NCBI GenBank assembly: GCA_030704615.1
Contig: CM060734.1
Span: 47,244,001 to 47,308,000, forward strand
Direction: 5' to 3'
DNA length: 64,000 bases
Source of the DNA: Takakia lepidozioides
Lineage: Eukaryota; Plantae; Bryophyta
Under the pieces are notes generated by a model. It saw only the letters and a program-made list of their open reading frames with translations. It searched no databases and had not been told where the DNA came from. A program made the position numbers and the translations under genes. Each line of letters starts with the position of its first letter. The stretch's first letter is position 1. This document shows positions 11,700 to 25,160 of the stretch, in pieces.

Positions 11700-14640
11700 A
11701 GTTCCACATGCTTAATGTAATGTTTTTGCACAATTTGTCGGGGTTCAAAATGGTTGTCTAAAAGTACAGTGTACAGACATTTGGGTGCGCAAGTTGTAGA
11801 CAACTCCTTACACGAACCCACCATCCCACAACTATTACATCGCAATGTGGATGTTGCTCTGGACTCACATACGCAAGTGGTAGTCTTTCCTAGATCCTCT
11901 AATCTTTTAGAAGAGGCACCCAGTCAACCAACCATTCTTGCATCTATTGATGACAATGCACTAACATCAAGTGCACCCCAAGTATTGACCTTGCAAGAGG
12001 CAATTACATGTCATATAGTGGAGCTTCAAAAGATGTGGGATGATGCTCACGTTCCTATAGGATGGCAAGACCATATGTTACCAGTTATTTGAATATCTAC
12101 AAGAAGAGCCTAAAACCCTTGAACGCGGGAGCATTGATCAAAGTCAATTGTTTTTTGGTGGACTGCTTACACTTGTTGGCCCTGAATGGAAAGGAGAACT
12201 AGAAGGAGGATATGTTGCACCTAACTCATGGAAACAGTTACAGAAATATTATAAAACCCTTGGATTGGTAGAAGCCCAACGGTGGAGATTGTGCACGAGA
12301 TCAAAGGAAGTGTCACATTCACCTCAACTTATACCACCAAGTCTGTTTAAGGTTATGATATGGTGCATTGTGAATGCAGCCCTGGTGCAAGGACAGGTAC
12401 AAACGGGATTGATCGGTGTGCTGCGACAAGTGTCATACTTTAGCCTTTGAATACATGCTGATTGGCCTCTTGCTAGCAAGCTTGTATAAAGCAGGTCCAT
12501 CTATCATAATTTGTTGACAACCTGGAGAAATAAAGACAGGTGGTGAGGAAAAAACTCGTGTGTGTTGCCCGACAAGATTGATGAACACTTTGATGGGAGT
12601 AAATTTCGGGAACTTCAAGCATCTTGGGACCTTGAAACAGAGTGAAAGAGTCATGTTATCTACCCCAACACAAGATGTTCGCATGCATTCAGAGCTTTCC
12701 CTACGAAGTGTCATGAACTGCTTCATTCTTGGGATAGTGAAACCCAACGTTATTCCTTTGCCTACACCGAATGCTCCGCTCGAATTCATTCTTCCAGGCA
12801 TATGGAAAAAACAAACATCTCATGGCCCCTTTCGACTTACATACCGACATTCAGTTTTAGACCCCCAAATCAAGCTGTCTATTAGTCCATCTGATAGGTG
12901 GGACATCTTGAAGAATGCAAGTTATTCTAAAGCATGTTCAAATCTCAGTATATTAATAGACTTTCATTCATATTCAGGGTGATCCAAGAAAGTTTGCTTT
13001 GTCGATGTTACATTGGGACGGGTTCTCAACGGCTAACCAAGCGTTAAAGGTTGTTGGGCAGTGGACTTAGTTGTTTTGAATGTAGCGTGTTGACTGCATT
13101 TTTGCAGTCACTTGTAACAAACCTGGAAGCCGCCTTCGTCAAAGGATTTTCAGTAGCCTATGCATACCCTGTAGATGCCATCAGTGACAAACTCCATGTC
13201 ATCTCCATCACTGAACAAATCACTTTACGTGCCATGGTGACAATCTAGATCGGAGATCACCCAACACAGTGCAAGGTTGGGGGGTTAAAGGTGGGTGGGT
13301 ATTTATGTTGTAGACACCGCATAATTGCATCGAGATGGCAAGGCAGGAGCACCAATAGCAACAACGGTTTAGTGGAAACAATATGATAACAGGAAACAAC
13401 ATCGATATCCAGCAAAACACAACGGAATTGTTGGCATAATGGCGTGAATTGTCAGATGGAATGCAGAAGGATGCAGTAGGCTGTGAAGCAAGTATCTCGG
13501 GCTACTCTATTTTATGGAGACTACATAATCTTTATGGTTTTGACATTTTGAGGGACCTTGTTTATGATGTGATGCACATCCTACCATTATGCATATTCAA
13601 AAAATATATGCATATCCTAGTGCAGTAGAAAAATGGTTAGAGTAGGGACATCGACCAGGCATTGGATATTATGAAGAAGCTGCGACCCCTTGGACTTGGG
13701 GCAAGATGACCCCGGAAGTTATCTTCCTTGGATTACTACTAGGCTGAGGAATTTTCAGATTTGGATCATGTGGTATGTTGCCACATGTTCTGGATTGCTT
13801 GAATATTGGACCAGATTCTGTTTTAGATTTTACATGAATACTCCTCACAGAAATTGGACATATTTTTTTTAGTCATAGTAGAAAGTATGGGTGGACACGG
13901 AAGGGAATGCAAAATGCGAGACAACTCCTAGCAGCATGGCGCATCAGAATGGAAGAGAGTGCTAGTCCCGATTCCTCTCCACTTGAACATGTAACAGATA
14001 ATGCATAATTTTCTTAAGTAGTATGTTTTGTATATTTGTAATATTTGTCATAATTCTTGTAAATTTTGAAGTACTTGTTGTAATTTATAATTTTGGAAAG
14101 TAATTTTAAATTGTGAGGTCTTTGTGCAGGGAGTGAAGAGTCTTAGATGATGTCATAAGGCACGGGTGTCATGATGTTTTCTGGTGCTACCTATTCGAGA
14201 GGAAGGTGTCAAATGTTGTGAATATTCCATCAAATCAGATCATCAGCGAAGTCACATTTAGTGAGTATTTTTTAAGACACTGGTTCACAACAATAGACGA
14301 GGCTGTGCAAGTAGATCGTGATGGATTTTATCTTACATGTATGGTAGTTGCCAAAATTCGCAAGTACCTTCACACACCGAGTAATGCCCAACGCATTCAA
14401 CTACTGAGCTCAATCACAGAGCAGTAACATGAGTTTTGTGTCATTGTTGTATCTTCTTAAGATGTTGTACGAGCCATTGGAAAGCTTATACCTACAATGC
14501 GGCCATCTTTCTGCAAGGATCTTATCAGGGAAAATGGCATCGTAGCTTCATCTTAGTTGTCGGTCGCAAGAAGGGCGTGGAAACCGCAATTCCAAAGACT
14601 ACAAGATTGTATTTGCAAAGGTATTGGAGTCTTCATGGTT
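11700..14640 (+). pseudogene. CACTA/EnSpm-type transposase pseudogene (copy A), many stops and frameshifts
   Basis: N-terminal CFCTICRGSKWLSKSTVYRHL. GDHPTQCKVGGLK at ~13252, DLVYDVMHILPLCIFKKY at ~13555, RHGCHDVFWCYLFERKV at ~14158. These are the D-x-P-A, DxMH and FW-x-Y-x-FER blocks of CACTA-superfamily transposases, collinear with copy B. Confidence 0.85.
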
Positions 14641-14874
14641 TAAATGATGACCTTTGGCATTTTTTAGTACATCAATGTAAGTTTTCTCACAAGGAGCCTA
14701 TCACGATTTCCCATCAATGAAAAGAAAGTACATCCCCTTGTAGATTCCCCATCAATTACATTTACGTAGGAATCACTGCCACAGACAGAATGTTGGCACC
14801 GTCCCTTATAGGTTATGGGGTAATTTTTAAGCCTATGAACAAATACACTTATACGGCAAACTTTTCAATTTTTT

Positions 14875-15335
14875 GCATGGCAATGTGTTTAAATATTTGT
14901 TCATGTTGTATGTGGTAATTATTCCTCGTGATGGATGTGACAATGTTTTTACATATTTCCTCATGCTCGATGTGGCAATTCATTTAAATATTTGTTCATG
15001 TTGTATGTGGTAATTATTCCTCATGATGGATGTGACAATGCTTTTACATATTTCATCATGCTAGATGTAGCAATGTATGTAAATTATTCCTTGGGATGGT
15101 TGTGGCAATGCGTATACATATTTTCTCATGTTGTATGCGACAATGTATTTAGATTATTCCTCGGGATGAATGTGGCAATGCGTTTACATTTTTCCTAATG
15201 TTGTCTACGGCAATGTATTTAAATTATTCCTTGCGATGGATATGACAATGCGTTTACATATTCCTCATCCTGGAGGTGGCAATGTATTGAAATTGTTCCT
15301 TGTGATGGATATGCAGCAATGCATTTACATATTTC
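14875..15335. repeat. Degenerate minisatellite, ~32/64-bp units with TGTGGCAATG core
   Basis: About 14 repeats of (A)TGTG(G/A)CAATG...TTTA(C/A)AT(A/T)TT. Confidence 0.85.
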
Positions 15336-18312
15336 TGTCATGGACTGCACCATCTAACATCAGTATGTTCATTGCAGACAGACAAAGAACAATTGACAAA
15401 AGGCCCTCACCAAGAAGCCGGTGAACAGTAAGAAGAGAATAAAGAATATATTTCAGACAAAGAAGTTGGAGAGAAACATAAACAGTTAGAACACTCTCTC
15501 AGGCCAAGATGTCAATCTTCATTAGGCCCCAACGAAGAGATATTGATGCTCTCCTTACCTACTTAAGGCTTTTCCATAAGAGTAGACAACATCTAGTTAT
15601 CCCAAATCTGAAGGAAGAGTTTTGTGCAGGTACCATCTTTGTCCTCCTGCCACTCCACCATATCCTGCAGAATGTTCCAATTTAATTATTTTCTCGACCT
15701 TCCTTCCTTGAAATATCTACTTTAAGTAATACATGCATTAAAACCTTCACCTTGTTGGAGGTCTGCAGGAAACTAACCCACATAAGCAATGAATTTTCTT
15801 AACACAAACATGTATGTACCTTGTCATTCATTTGAGGCAAGAAAGATTGCATTGACATGAAAAGCAAGGTGCCATGAGCCGCCATCCCTGCCATTACCAC
15901 CAACATCCTACTCACAGTTCTCAGTAAAATAGGTCAACTGATGTTTTGTTCATTTGCTCGATATACAAATTCGCATCAAAAGCCTTCATTCGGGCCATCT
16001 CCTTTGGAAAACTCACAGAGTTCGTGCATGGCAAGAATGTGAAACCGGTCAGAAAGCTGTTGCTTAACTTGGTGCCACCCTCTGTGATGTCCACATCAGA
16101 TAGCCCATTCTCTAACAAACGCACCAAGTTCTCGAAATATAGAATGACTGCCACTGCCACACTCAGGAAAAATAGGGACATCTGTCATGATCCTGCACTT
16201 CACGAATTTGATCACTTCCTAAGTCATGGGAAAAGTCAATGTACCTTCTTCCTGCTGTTCTGCAAGCTCCTATGCACTTATACATAGTCCACATTAGATC
16301 TCTTGAGCCCTCAAGTTGTCATATAACAGTATTCGTTGTGTATACACCCAATGACAATTCCAAGTACTAAACCCCCTCAAAGGCAGTTATTCTCATCTGT
16401 CATCAACAATATCTCATTATTTTAGGGAGTACGAGCGTCTTCACCAGTATGTTCCACTGTTTTTGGTTTTGTTTTGCTTGACAATATTGCACTTGTTCAA
16501 TCACTTTGCAAAGTTGTGCTGTAAATATTGTATTGAATGGCACTTTAATAGTTCTTATTTATAGCGTAAGGAAGGTTGGATAAACCGCAACCTCTTGTGA
16601 CGGCCTCAAGTTGTAGCTCGAGGGAACCAATGCCCCCTCGTGATGCCCATACGTCCCAAAAAACAACGCCTCCCTGGCGACGGGCGGGGGTCGCAAAAAG
16701 AGGGCGCACCAACGCCTAGTCTGCAACACCCTGGGTCGCAAACAGAACGACACATATTCTGCGATGCCCCTGCATCGTAAGATGCAAATGAATGTATCAT
16801 CACATTGATATGCAGATATTCATAACTATTGAAACCACTAGTAAACACTTACAATGTATGTGCCACAAGGCCATCGAAAATTGTAACTTGATATTGTAAC
16901 CTTTGCAATTGTCGTGCCCTTTGCTTTTGCTCACAGTGATAGCCAAAAATTATCTGCAAGGCAGCAACCACCTATCGGGTTGGCACTCGTAAATGTCGCA
17001 TGCCACATGCAATTCTCACTTGCTTGATCCCCCAATTAACCCCATTCTTATGGCTGGGGAGAGACTCATGTATAGTATGGCATATTTCATCCATGCTCGA
17101 GTGGTGAAAAACTTTGACGTTGAACCCTAATGCCTTGGTCATTAAATGGTTCAAGCGTCGTGGATCACTGATACCTAACGCTTGACAATGTTTTTAAGTG
17201 GCATTCCATTTTGCAACATGCTTTGAATATCATCAACTAAATCCGTCGTCTCATTGGTATTGCCGCGTAGGAGTTCCATGACCATCTTCATAAGCCTGAG
17301 ACACCACACACAAAAGAAACCCCTAATTAAAAATGGATAGAAAAGTAAAGTATATGAATCACTAACCTACTAACAATGAAGACAGTTAAAAAATAAATTA
17401 AGATATTAATTTGAATAGTGAAAATTAATGAATATTGTCTAGTGAAAAACATGAAAGTCATTTTTTCGTCGATCCAAATAATTTTTAATATTCATCTATC
17501 AGAATGAAATCAAGAACTCCCAAGAACTCATCCAAAAACTTCATCCAAATTTCATCCACATCTTCACAACACACCACGTTTTCTACTCTCTTCTTTCTTC
17601 TCACTATCCGATTTTCTCTCAAACCTTCTCATTCAATTCGTCTTCTTCATTTATTTATTTATTTTTTTCCCCTCTTATTGTTCTACATTAGCAATGCAGA
17701 TCAGTTACAAGAATTAGCACATGTGCAATGTTCGTCACAGTCATGAAGAACCATTTTACCATTTTTAGGCTTTTTGGCATTCTTTATTGATTCATTGTTG
17801 AACCAAGCCAAAACAGGATAAAATTTTACCAACGAGCCAAAATAGGGTAAATTTTACCAACGATAAAACATTACCCAAGCCAAAACAACGAATTTTACCA
17901 TGTCCTCGTCGATGGCCTTTTTGGAATTCCCTACCTAAGGCCTAGTTATCGACAAATGACCTCAAAGCCTGATGATCTTAGGCCCAAGCCGAATTGCCTC
18001 AAGTTTTACGATCTCAAGCCTTATGTCCTAATTTGGCCTACAAACTTTTACTTAAAGCTGACCGATGAGGAAAATGCCAATAAAATATCAATATAGGAAG
18101 CTGCAATATAGTTTGTTTGTTTGTTTTGTTTTGTTTTGCTTTGTAGCAAAATAGCAACTTTTCGTGGATCAATGATTGGCACTTCATTTGTCTTTTGTGC
18201 ACGTGGACGTAAATGTAAATTGGGTTTTTTTTAAATATTGGCGTTCACAATATCGTTTGTAGTGTCGTTGAGATCCAGGCCCGATACCGCGGGGCCTTTG
18301 GCCACAATTTCA

Positions 18313-18665
18313 GTACTGTTGGGAAGCCCTCGCTAGGTAGGGGTGCACCGACTTGGTTTCACAAAATTTGGACCTAGTATGGGCAGAGACTTATGGAATT
18401 ATAAACAATTTTGGTTGCTGGAAATTCAACTAAATTACAAAATCAAGTGTTGGAAGGACTCTGGAGGTTGCACTTCGGCTTATATATAGCCCATGATGTT
18501 GGTACCGTTGGAAGTCTTGGATGAGTAGGGGTGCACTGACTTTGTTTCACAAAATTTGGACCTATGGGCCGAGAATTATAGAAATATGAACAATTTTGGT
18601 TGCTGAAAATTCAACTAAATCACAAAATTAAGTGTTGGGATGACACTAGAGGTCGCACTTGGGCC
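18313..18665. repeat. Tandem duplication of a ~189-bp dispersed-repeat unit
   Basis: Units start at 18313 and 18502 and share GTAGGGGTGCAC, GTTTCACAAAATTTGGACCTA and AACAATTTTGGTTGCTG.AAATTCAACTAAAT. Confidence 0.85.
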
Positions 18666-20660
18666 TCTACATTGGAGAAGCACTTGGATACATAGGAGAT
18701 TGCACTTGGGCTTAGGTGGGCCTTAACCCCTAAAGGACGTCGAAATTTCAAATAGATGAAAAATGTCAATGAAATTGGATGAAATCGAGCCCTGAATGAA
18801 AAATGTAGCTCATTAAGTTCTGCACCCCCCTCTGCAGTGATGGCATCCTAAAAGACCTAAAGGACTGCCATCAGGAATTTTTGGAGTGCCCAAGGGTACC
18901 CAAATTTCGATGGTTTGGGGCCCTCGAGCAGGGTTGATTTACCACGTGGCAGGCAGATGGGGCTGGGTCTCCGCATTTGATGGCAACGCGTGTCAGTGGG
19001 GGCCCATAAATAACGGGCTCACACAAAACAGCCCCCGTGAGTTCATCGGTTTTGATGACGTGGGCCCTTTTTTTCTTTTGCCGGAATTCTATACACCTAA
19101 GCTGGGATTCAAGTAGAAATTCACATAAAATGAAATCTCTGCAATTGGTTAGAATGATGAAATTCTTTTTGGAGGTAGTAGGAAATCATTTAAGGAACAA
19201 TTCCACCATAGCAATTGTGGTTCCATTGCAAATTTGGACACCCTAAGGCTGAATTACAGGTCAATTCTTCTTTATGGTGTTTTTGACCCCCCTGTTTTTC
19301 CATACTATGCAATTTTGGAATTATGTTCTGAAATTTTGGGGCAACATGCTTTAAGTGCCTCATAATTGGAATGTGGGTGGGATTTAGCAAGGAAAAATCA
19401 TTTTGGTGCCAAAAATTCCTGGTCAAACCATTTTTTCACTCTCAAATTGGAGTATACTACACATTTTGGGCTTGGAATTTTGTTATAATCTTCCTAATGA
19501 CACAGTCAAATGATCTGCAATTTTTACAGCAAGTGGATGAAGTAGGTAGCATGCCTTTCATACGGTTCATCCCTGTGGATGTTTGTTTGCTGAGAGATAT
19601 ACCCTCATCCATGAGGGTATGTTCTATTTTGGAGTGGGCCCACCAAAAACAGCCTCCTCCATTGACACACTTGGATACATAGGAAATTGCACTTGGGCTT
19701 AATTTCAATTTTTCACACATGGGCCAACGGCAGTGGCTACCCTAGTATGTATTAAAATTGCTTTAAAAGACTTTGTTGGAAGGTATTACATATATGTATT
19801 TTGACCTGAGGTTGAAAGTTAAGCCAAGAGAATCTTGTCTCAAGAATAAAAGAATCTTGTCTTGAGGATGAAAGAGATTCTCTTTATAGTGTCACTAAAA
19901 AGGAATCTTCTTGATATTAAAGAATATTTGTTCGAGTCCTATGGTTTTTGGCATCTTGTCTTAAGGTCCACACTATTTTGGAATCTTTTCCAGAATGGCT
20001 CCTTTGGGCGCCTTGATTTTGGTAGAGGCATGGATAGCTGAAGGAGCAGGGATAGAGTGTAGGTCCAGATTCATCGAAGAGGGCCGGACTTCAAGCTCCT
20101 ATGATTCCTTGTGGATCAATAGCTATTAGCAACCTGCATGGATAGATGGTCAACCGGAAGCTGCAGCAGTAGCGGTGGAATTGATAAATCAGGCACTGCT
20201 AATGAAGACACCTTCTTCAACACATTTCACCCTGTTTTTCCTTCTTATCAGAATCGACCCTAAGTTTCCATGTTGAATTTTGCATGTTAGCTGGTCGAGT
20301 GAACCTTTGATAGTTTGGAGTGACTTTGACATGATACTGCCAATTTGACAATAGGAAAGTATCCAGAAACAGGTAACAGAGATGAGGAGAAGCTGTGGAA
20401 TGAATACTTTTCTTACCCAGTCAATGGTGGGACAATCGAGGCAAGAAGGTGAATGTATGTTTGATTATAGAGAGTAGCAGATGCAATTGAGCATATGAAC
20501 TAGTGTGATAAGTTGAGTTGGGTGTTTCCTAGAACAAATCTAGGCTGTCATCGTCAGCTGCTAGTAGCAAGGCAAGGATGTATGCATGATTTGTGCATAG
20601 GCATGGATAGCTGAAGGAGCAGAGATAGAGTGTGGGTCCAGATTCATCCAAGAGGGCCAG

Positions 20661-21062
20661 AAAGAAGTCCATGGTGACATTGTCAAAGCTGGAATTGTAC
20701 CGGATGTCATTCTGAACACTGCCCTGGTGGACATGTATGCCAAATGTGGGTGCATTAAGGATGCGAAGGGAGTTTTCAACACTATGGCTGAACGAGATGT
20801 GGTGTCGTGGAATGCGATGCTTGCAGGGTATGCACAGCAGGCCGGACGTGGTATGGAGGCTTTGGAGACCTATGATCAAACAATGGGGGAATGGGTGAAG
20901 CCCGACCACATCACGTTTTTGTGCATTTGCAATGCATGTGCAAGCCTGGCAGCTCTGGAAAAGGGCACAGAAGTCCATGGCAACATTGTCAGAGCTGGAA
21001 TTTTATCAAATGTCATTCTGAACAATACCATCGTGGACATGTGCATGCAAAATGTGGGTGCA
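20661..21062 (+). pseudogene. PLS-class PPR gene fragment (about one L-S-P-L run)
   Basis: KEVHGDIVKAGIVPDVILNTALVDMYAKCGCIKDAKGVFNTMAERDVVSWNAMLAGYAQ...VKPDHITFLCICNACASLAALEKGTEVHGNIVRAG. Truncated at both ends, frameshift at ~21045. Confidence 0.9.
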
Positions 21063-21788
21063 CCCTATCCTGCTGATTTGTTGTTGTGCTGGAACAGTAG
21101 CAAACGTAGAAAGACATACGCATTTTACATCTGTTGCTATCTTCAGTGCATATGTAGTGTCACAAAATCCAGGAACATGTTTGCTGTTTAAAAAGGGGCA
21201 GCAGCCTTTAGGGCTTAATGAAACTCCAACCCGACCCACAAATTATTGCACTTGTCCATGACCTTTTCCACCTCAACTATGAGTACGTGAAAGGACCCGC
21301 AAGGCTGCATGCAACTGCCAACCACCCCATCAACCCACTCTCGGGTCCTACCACACATCGTAGAGGTGCATGCATTCATACAGCATTTGATTGGTTTCGA
21401 GCTTGTTGTGAAGCCAAAGATTGCTAGATTATCAGATTGGTTCGGTGGTTATCCTAAAAGCAAACCTTCAAACATCGTCGAAGAATCGCTTCGATGTAAA
21501 GTCTGCGATCCACTTTTTCATGTGATGGCAGCTTTTCTGAAAATGTGAGGAAGCTGCTGAGGCTTTTGGGGGGAGGTTCTGATTTGCATCATGAAAATCT
21601 CTTTTGAACAGGAATGAATGAGTGCATAGAGCGCGAGTATTAGATGCATGTGCAGGCCTGCGACACAGTACTTGTCATTGTCCGAGCGACTGGCGTCAGC
21701 AGTGTGTACGTAACGATAAAAGTGACCACCCACAAAGGGCCAGACCGGTGATTGCACTGCAATAAAAGATCCACCATCATTCTCCTTG

Positions 21789-21795
21789 TATAAAA
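21789..21795 (+). promoter_or_regulatory. TATA box of the nsLTP gene
   Basis: TATAAAA starting 91 bp upstream of the ATG at 21880. Confidence 0.65.
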
Positions 21796-21879
21796 CAGCA
21801 CACCACCTACACTACGATCACAGCAGTTTCCTCCTTCCCAACTTTTGGCATTGCTGTGTGTGTACGCCGGAGATTGAAA

Positions 21880-22318
21880 ATGAAGGCTTCTGTGGTGCTT
21901 TTGGTCGTCCTCGCCGTGGGGGCCATGGCTTATAGTGCTGAGGCTGCCTGTGTGGGCAGCGTGACTGACCTGCTCCCCTGTGTGGCGGCCGCCAAGGATG
22001 CAACTGTAGCACCGGGCGGAGATTGCTGCGGGAAAATCTCGTACCTGTCTCTGGGTGGAACAGAGGAGGGAGTCGGTTGTGTGTGCAGTTATATGCACAG
22101 TCCGGAGGCTGTTGTCAGCGGCGTCATTCCTGATATTGCGATTGGCATTCCAAAGAGATGTAATTTACCGGTTCCCGTGGGCGCCGAATGCGAAGGTATA
22201 TAAGCTTCTTCTCTCTTTGCTCCGGTTTCTGAGAATGCTTGTCCCATTTGCTCCCCAAAACCGCTTGTGGCCCTAAAACCTGTTGCTAATGCTTGCAGGT
22301 GTAATCGTTCCTCGCTAG
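21880..22318 (+). CDS. Non-specific lipid transfer protein, type D-like, 111 aa; exons 21880-22195 and 22299-22318
   Basis: Signal peptide MKASVVLLVVLAVGAMAYSAEA and 8-Cys motif (C,C,CC,CxC,C,C). GT-AG intron 4 nt after the last Cys codon with a GCTAAT branch site. Spliced end ECEGVIVPR*. No GPI tail. Confidence 0.93.
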
Positions 22319-24982
22319 ACGATTGCCGCTATGAGGCCGTCCTTTTCAAGACGCGGGGAAGCTGCTGGCTGCTGCACGTCTCTCCAGTTAGCCTCGGTTC
22401 CTGGAGGCTTATAGAGTAGATATTCTGGCATAAGGAATGCTGGTAGCTGTAAGCTCGATAGTACTCTCGGCAACATGATAATGTCCTGCGCAAGACCTTG
22501 ATCTGACATGCAGTTGATCAATATACTATTTCAGTGCTTTTGCCTTTTAGACTCTCCCTGCTGGAGAATTGTTGTCTTTGTCGCTTGTCGGCGGTTGCAT
22601 ACACTTCTGCTGTGTCACAAATTCGACGTAGGGACAATCCAAGTCATGGGAAAGTGCCTAGAGCTGCCAATCAGTTTGCCAAATTCAAATTTCCGAGAAA
22701 GTATCAGTCTTTGGAAATTGTGCATGCGAAGCTAGGTTGCAATGTGAATTTCAAGTGTGGTATGCGACATTAGGACTGTTCAAAATCTCTTCAATCCCGT
22801 CGCTCTACACATGAGCATTTCTCCGCTCCCTCTTGGTCTTAGCACCTGGAGGTCATCATGATCAGAAGGTGGTGGATCGGATTCAGTCACTATTCTAGAA
22901 ACCAAAACAAACAATCCTCTTTACAAACACATACAGAACTGCGTTAACATTTGAGATTTGGAAACTTGTTTGAAAGTGACGCACACAGATCCTCTAATTC
23001 ATGTTTTGATGGGAAAATTCATATACTTGAAAAACCGCCTAGGAATTCCCTTTGTTCCTTCTCAAGCCTGAAGTTTCATCTTGACATGAGGACGTACCTT
23101 ACGCCAGGCATAAGACACATCTTACGAAATTCGATTTTCGGTGGGGCCATGTGTGATGCTCGAAATTAGATTCCCGTAGATATTAGGAGCTCGCACTGGC
23201 ACGGACTGATATGGCAGCCGATCGGCCCACCGCAATGCTGATCGAGAATGGAAGTGCGAAATGTCCCCATCCTCGACGGGACCGTCGAAATGTCCTCCGT
23301 GTGGTATAGTTCGATCTCTCTCTTTCTGGCAATGTATCCTGTTGGCAGATTTGGGGGACTGGTTGACCTGTTGTTTTTTGACAAGGTTGGTGGCGTCCCC
23401 ACATTTCTTTTTCTATCTTCTTCTCTGTTCTCATGTGTTCCATAATCTTGCGCTAAATTGGCTCCGAAGACATTATAAAGTTTTTTTCGTTCTCTCTCTA
23501 TATGTTATTTGGTACCAGCTGCAGGTACGCGCCGCTAAACAATTCAGGTCCTCATCTGTAAACGCCCAAGGAGACAACTTAAAGAGAATGTAGTCCCAGA
23601 GAAAGAAATGAAAAGAAACAGGCTTTATAAAGTCCATGGGGACCCTGATGCCCAATATGATAGGCTTGATACCTATGATGAAAATGAAATTTAACCCTTT
23701 TGTCTTTTTAAAGAATGTATTCTGTATGTATGTGCTTCAGGGTGGCCTGGCAACTCTAAAAAGAGACCAATACATAGAAGAGTCGGCGCAAAGCCTGCCA
23801 GACAGGGTGTAAAAGTGTAAACTGACTCAGATTGAATAATATGTTGAATAGAAGGAAGGACTGTTGGTCGTTCCCTGGAAGGAAGATGTATGGTGCTTGT
23901 TCATTGGCTGGCCTGCAAGAGATGGACGGAATGAGTTTCCGCACTTTGAGGGACAGAGATGGGCTTTTCTGCAGAGAAGACGACGCTTACATGGATCTCT
24001 GGCAGACTTAGAGACAATAAAGCAAGGGATACATAACTTACTGATGAAGACCACCTCCTTCGCAGCGAATGAGCGATGAAGACTGCAGAGGCGGCTCTTG
24101 AGGGCAAGGGGGAATGCTGTCGCTTAATTGAGGCAGATGGCCCCATCTATTCACGCACATACTTCATTCTTACAGTTTCATCCAGTCCATCTACACAGCA
24201 TCCATCCAAATGATACGACGACATCCATCTGAAGTCTATCTACTTTCGTTGAAGCCATTCAAGTGTTTCCCGCGCTCGCTGTTGGTTCCCGGGAAAAAAC
24301 AGGCAACAGCCTGTCGAGTGTGGCCAGATGACTGGCTAATGCCGGTGGTAGGAAGGGTTCCTTGATAGGAAGGGTTGCGTTGCCCGTGTGCCCGCCCTAA
24401 TCCCAGCAGAAGACTGAGCATTTTGCTTTAGGAAACAAAGGTGTCTAGCTCCAATTTGGCTACGATGGAGGGCACCCTGAAGGTTAGTATGTGCGCACGA
24501 GGTTACCACAAACAATGCTGATTCTCTGACTGGTGAATGTCTATGGGGATGATGTCATGGAGTATACCATTTTCCATGACCGGAGACATCAGCAGAAAAG
24601 TCATGCTTTGAGGGGAGGCCTGCATGCATGGACATGAAATGATCTTTGTTTTGAGATACCTTGCTTTCTGAAGTTCCAACACCTAATTTCTTGTACTTTT
24701 TCAATGACTATCAACAAAATTCAAGTTCTTAAGCACCAAGTAAGGAAAATCATTATAGCACGACGATCGAAGGACCCTTCTAAGTGGGTAGCACCACTCT
24801 CTCTGCTCATCATGCCCCACATCCAGGACTTGCATCGGTTCCGGCCGCCGTCCACCAATGTCACTCACCCACCTCTTATGCACAAGCAATCATCGACTGC
24901 TCAGTCCCTGGTTGTCAATCCTTTCTCAATATCATGCCTCGTAACAACAATACCACCAAGACCTAATTCATGCAGGTCCTAG

Positions 24983-25160
<178 letters not shown>

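Noticed and set aside
18681-19701. 34-bp direct repeat (18681 and 19668) as a TSD around a TTAACCC-starting piggyBac-like insert
   Set aside because: Too long for a TSD and no matching GGGTTAA end; more likely fragments of the local dispersed repeat.
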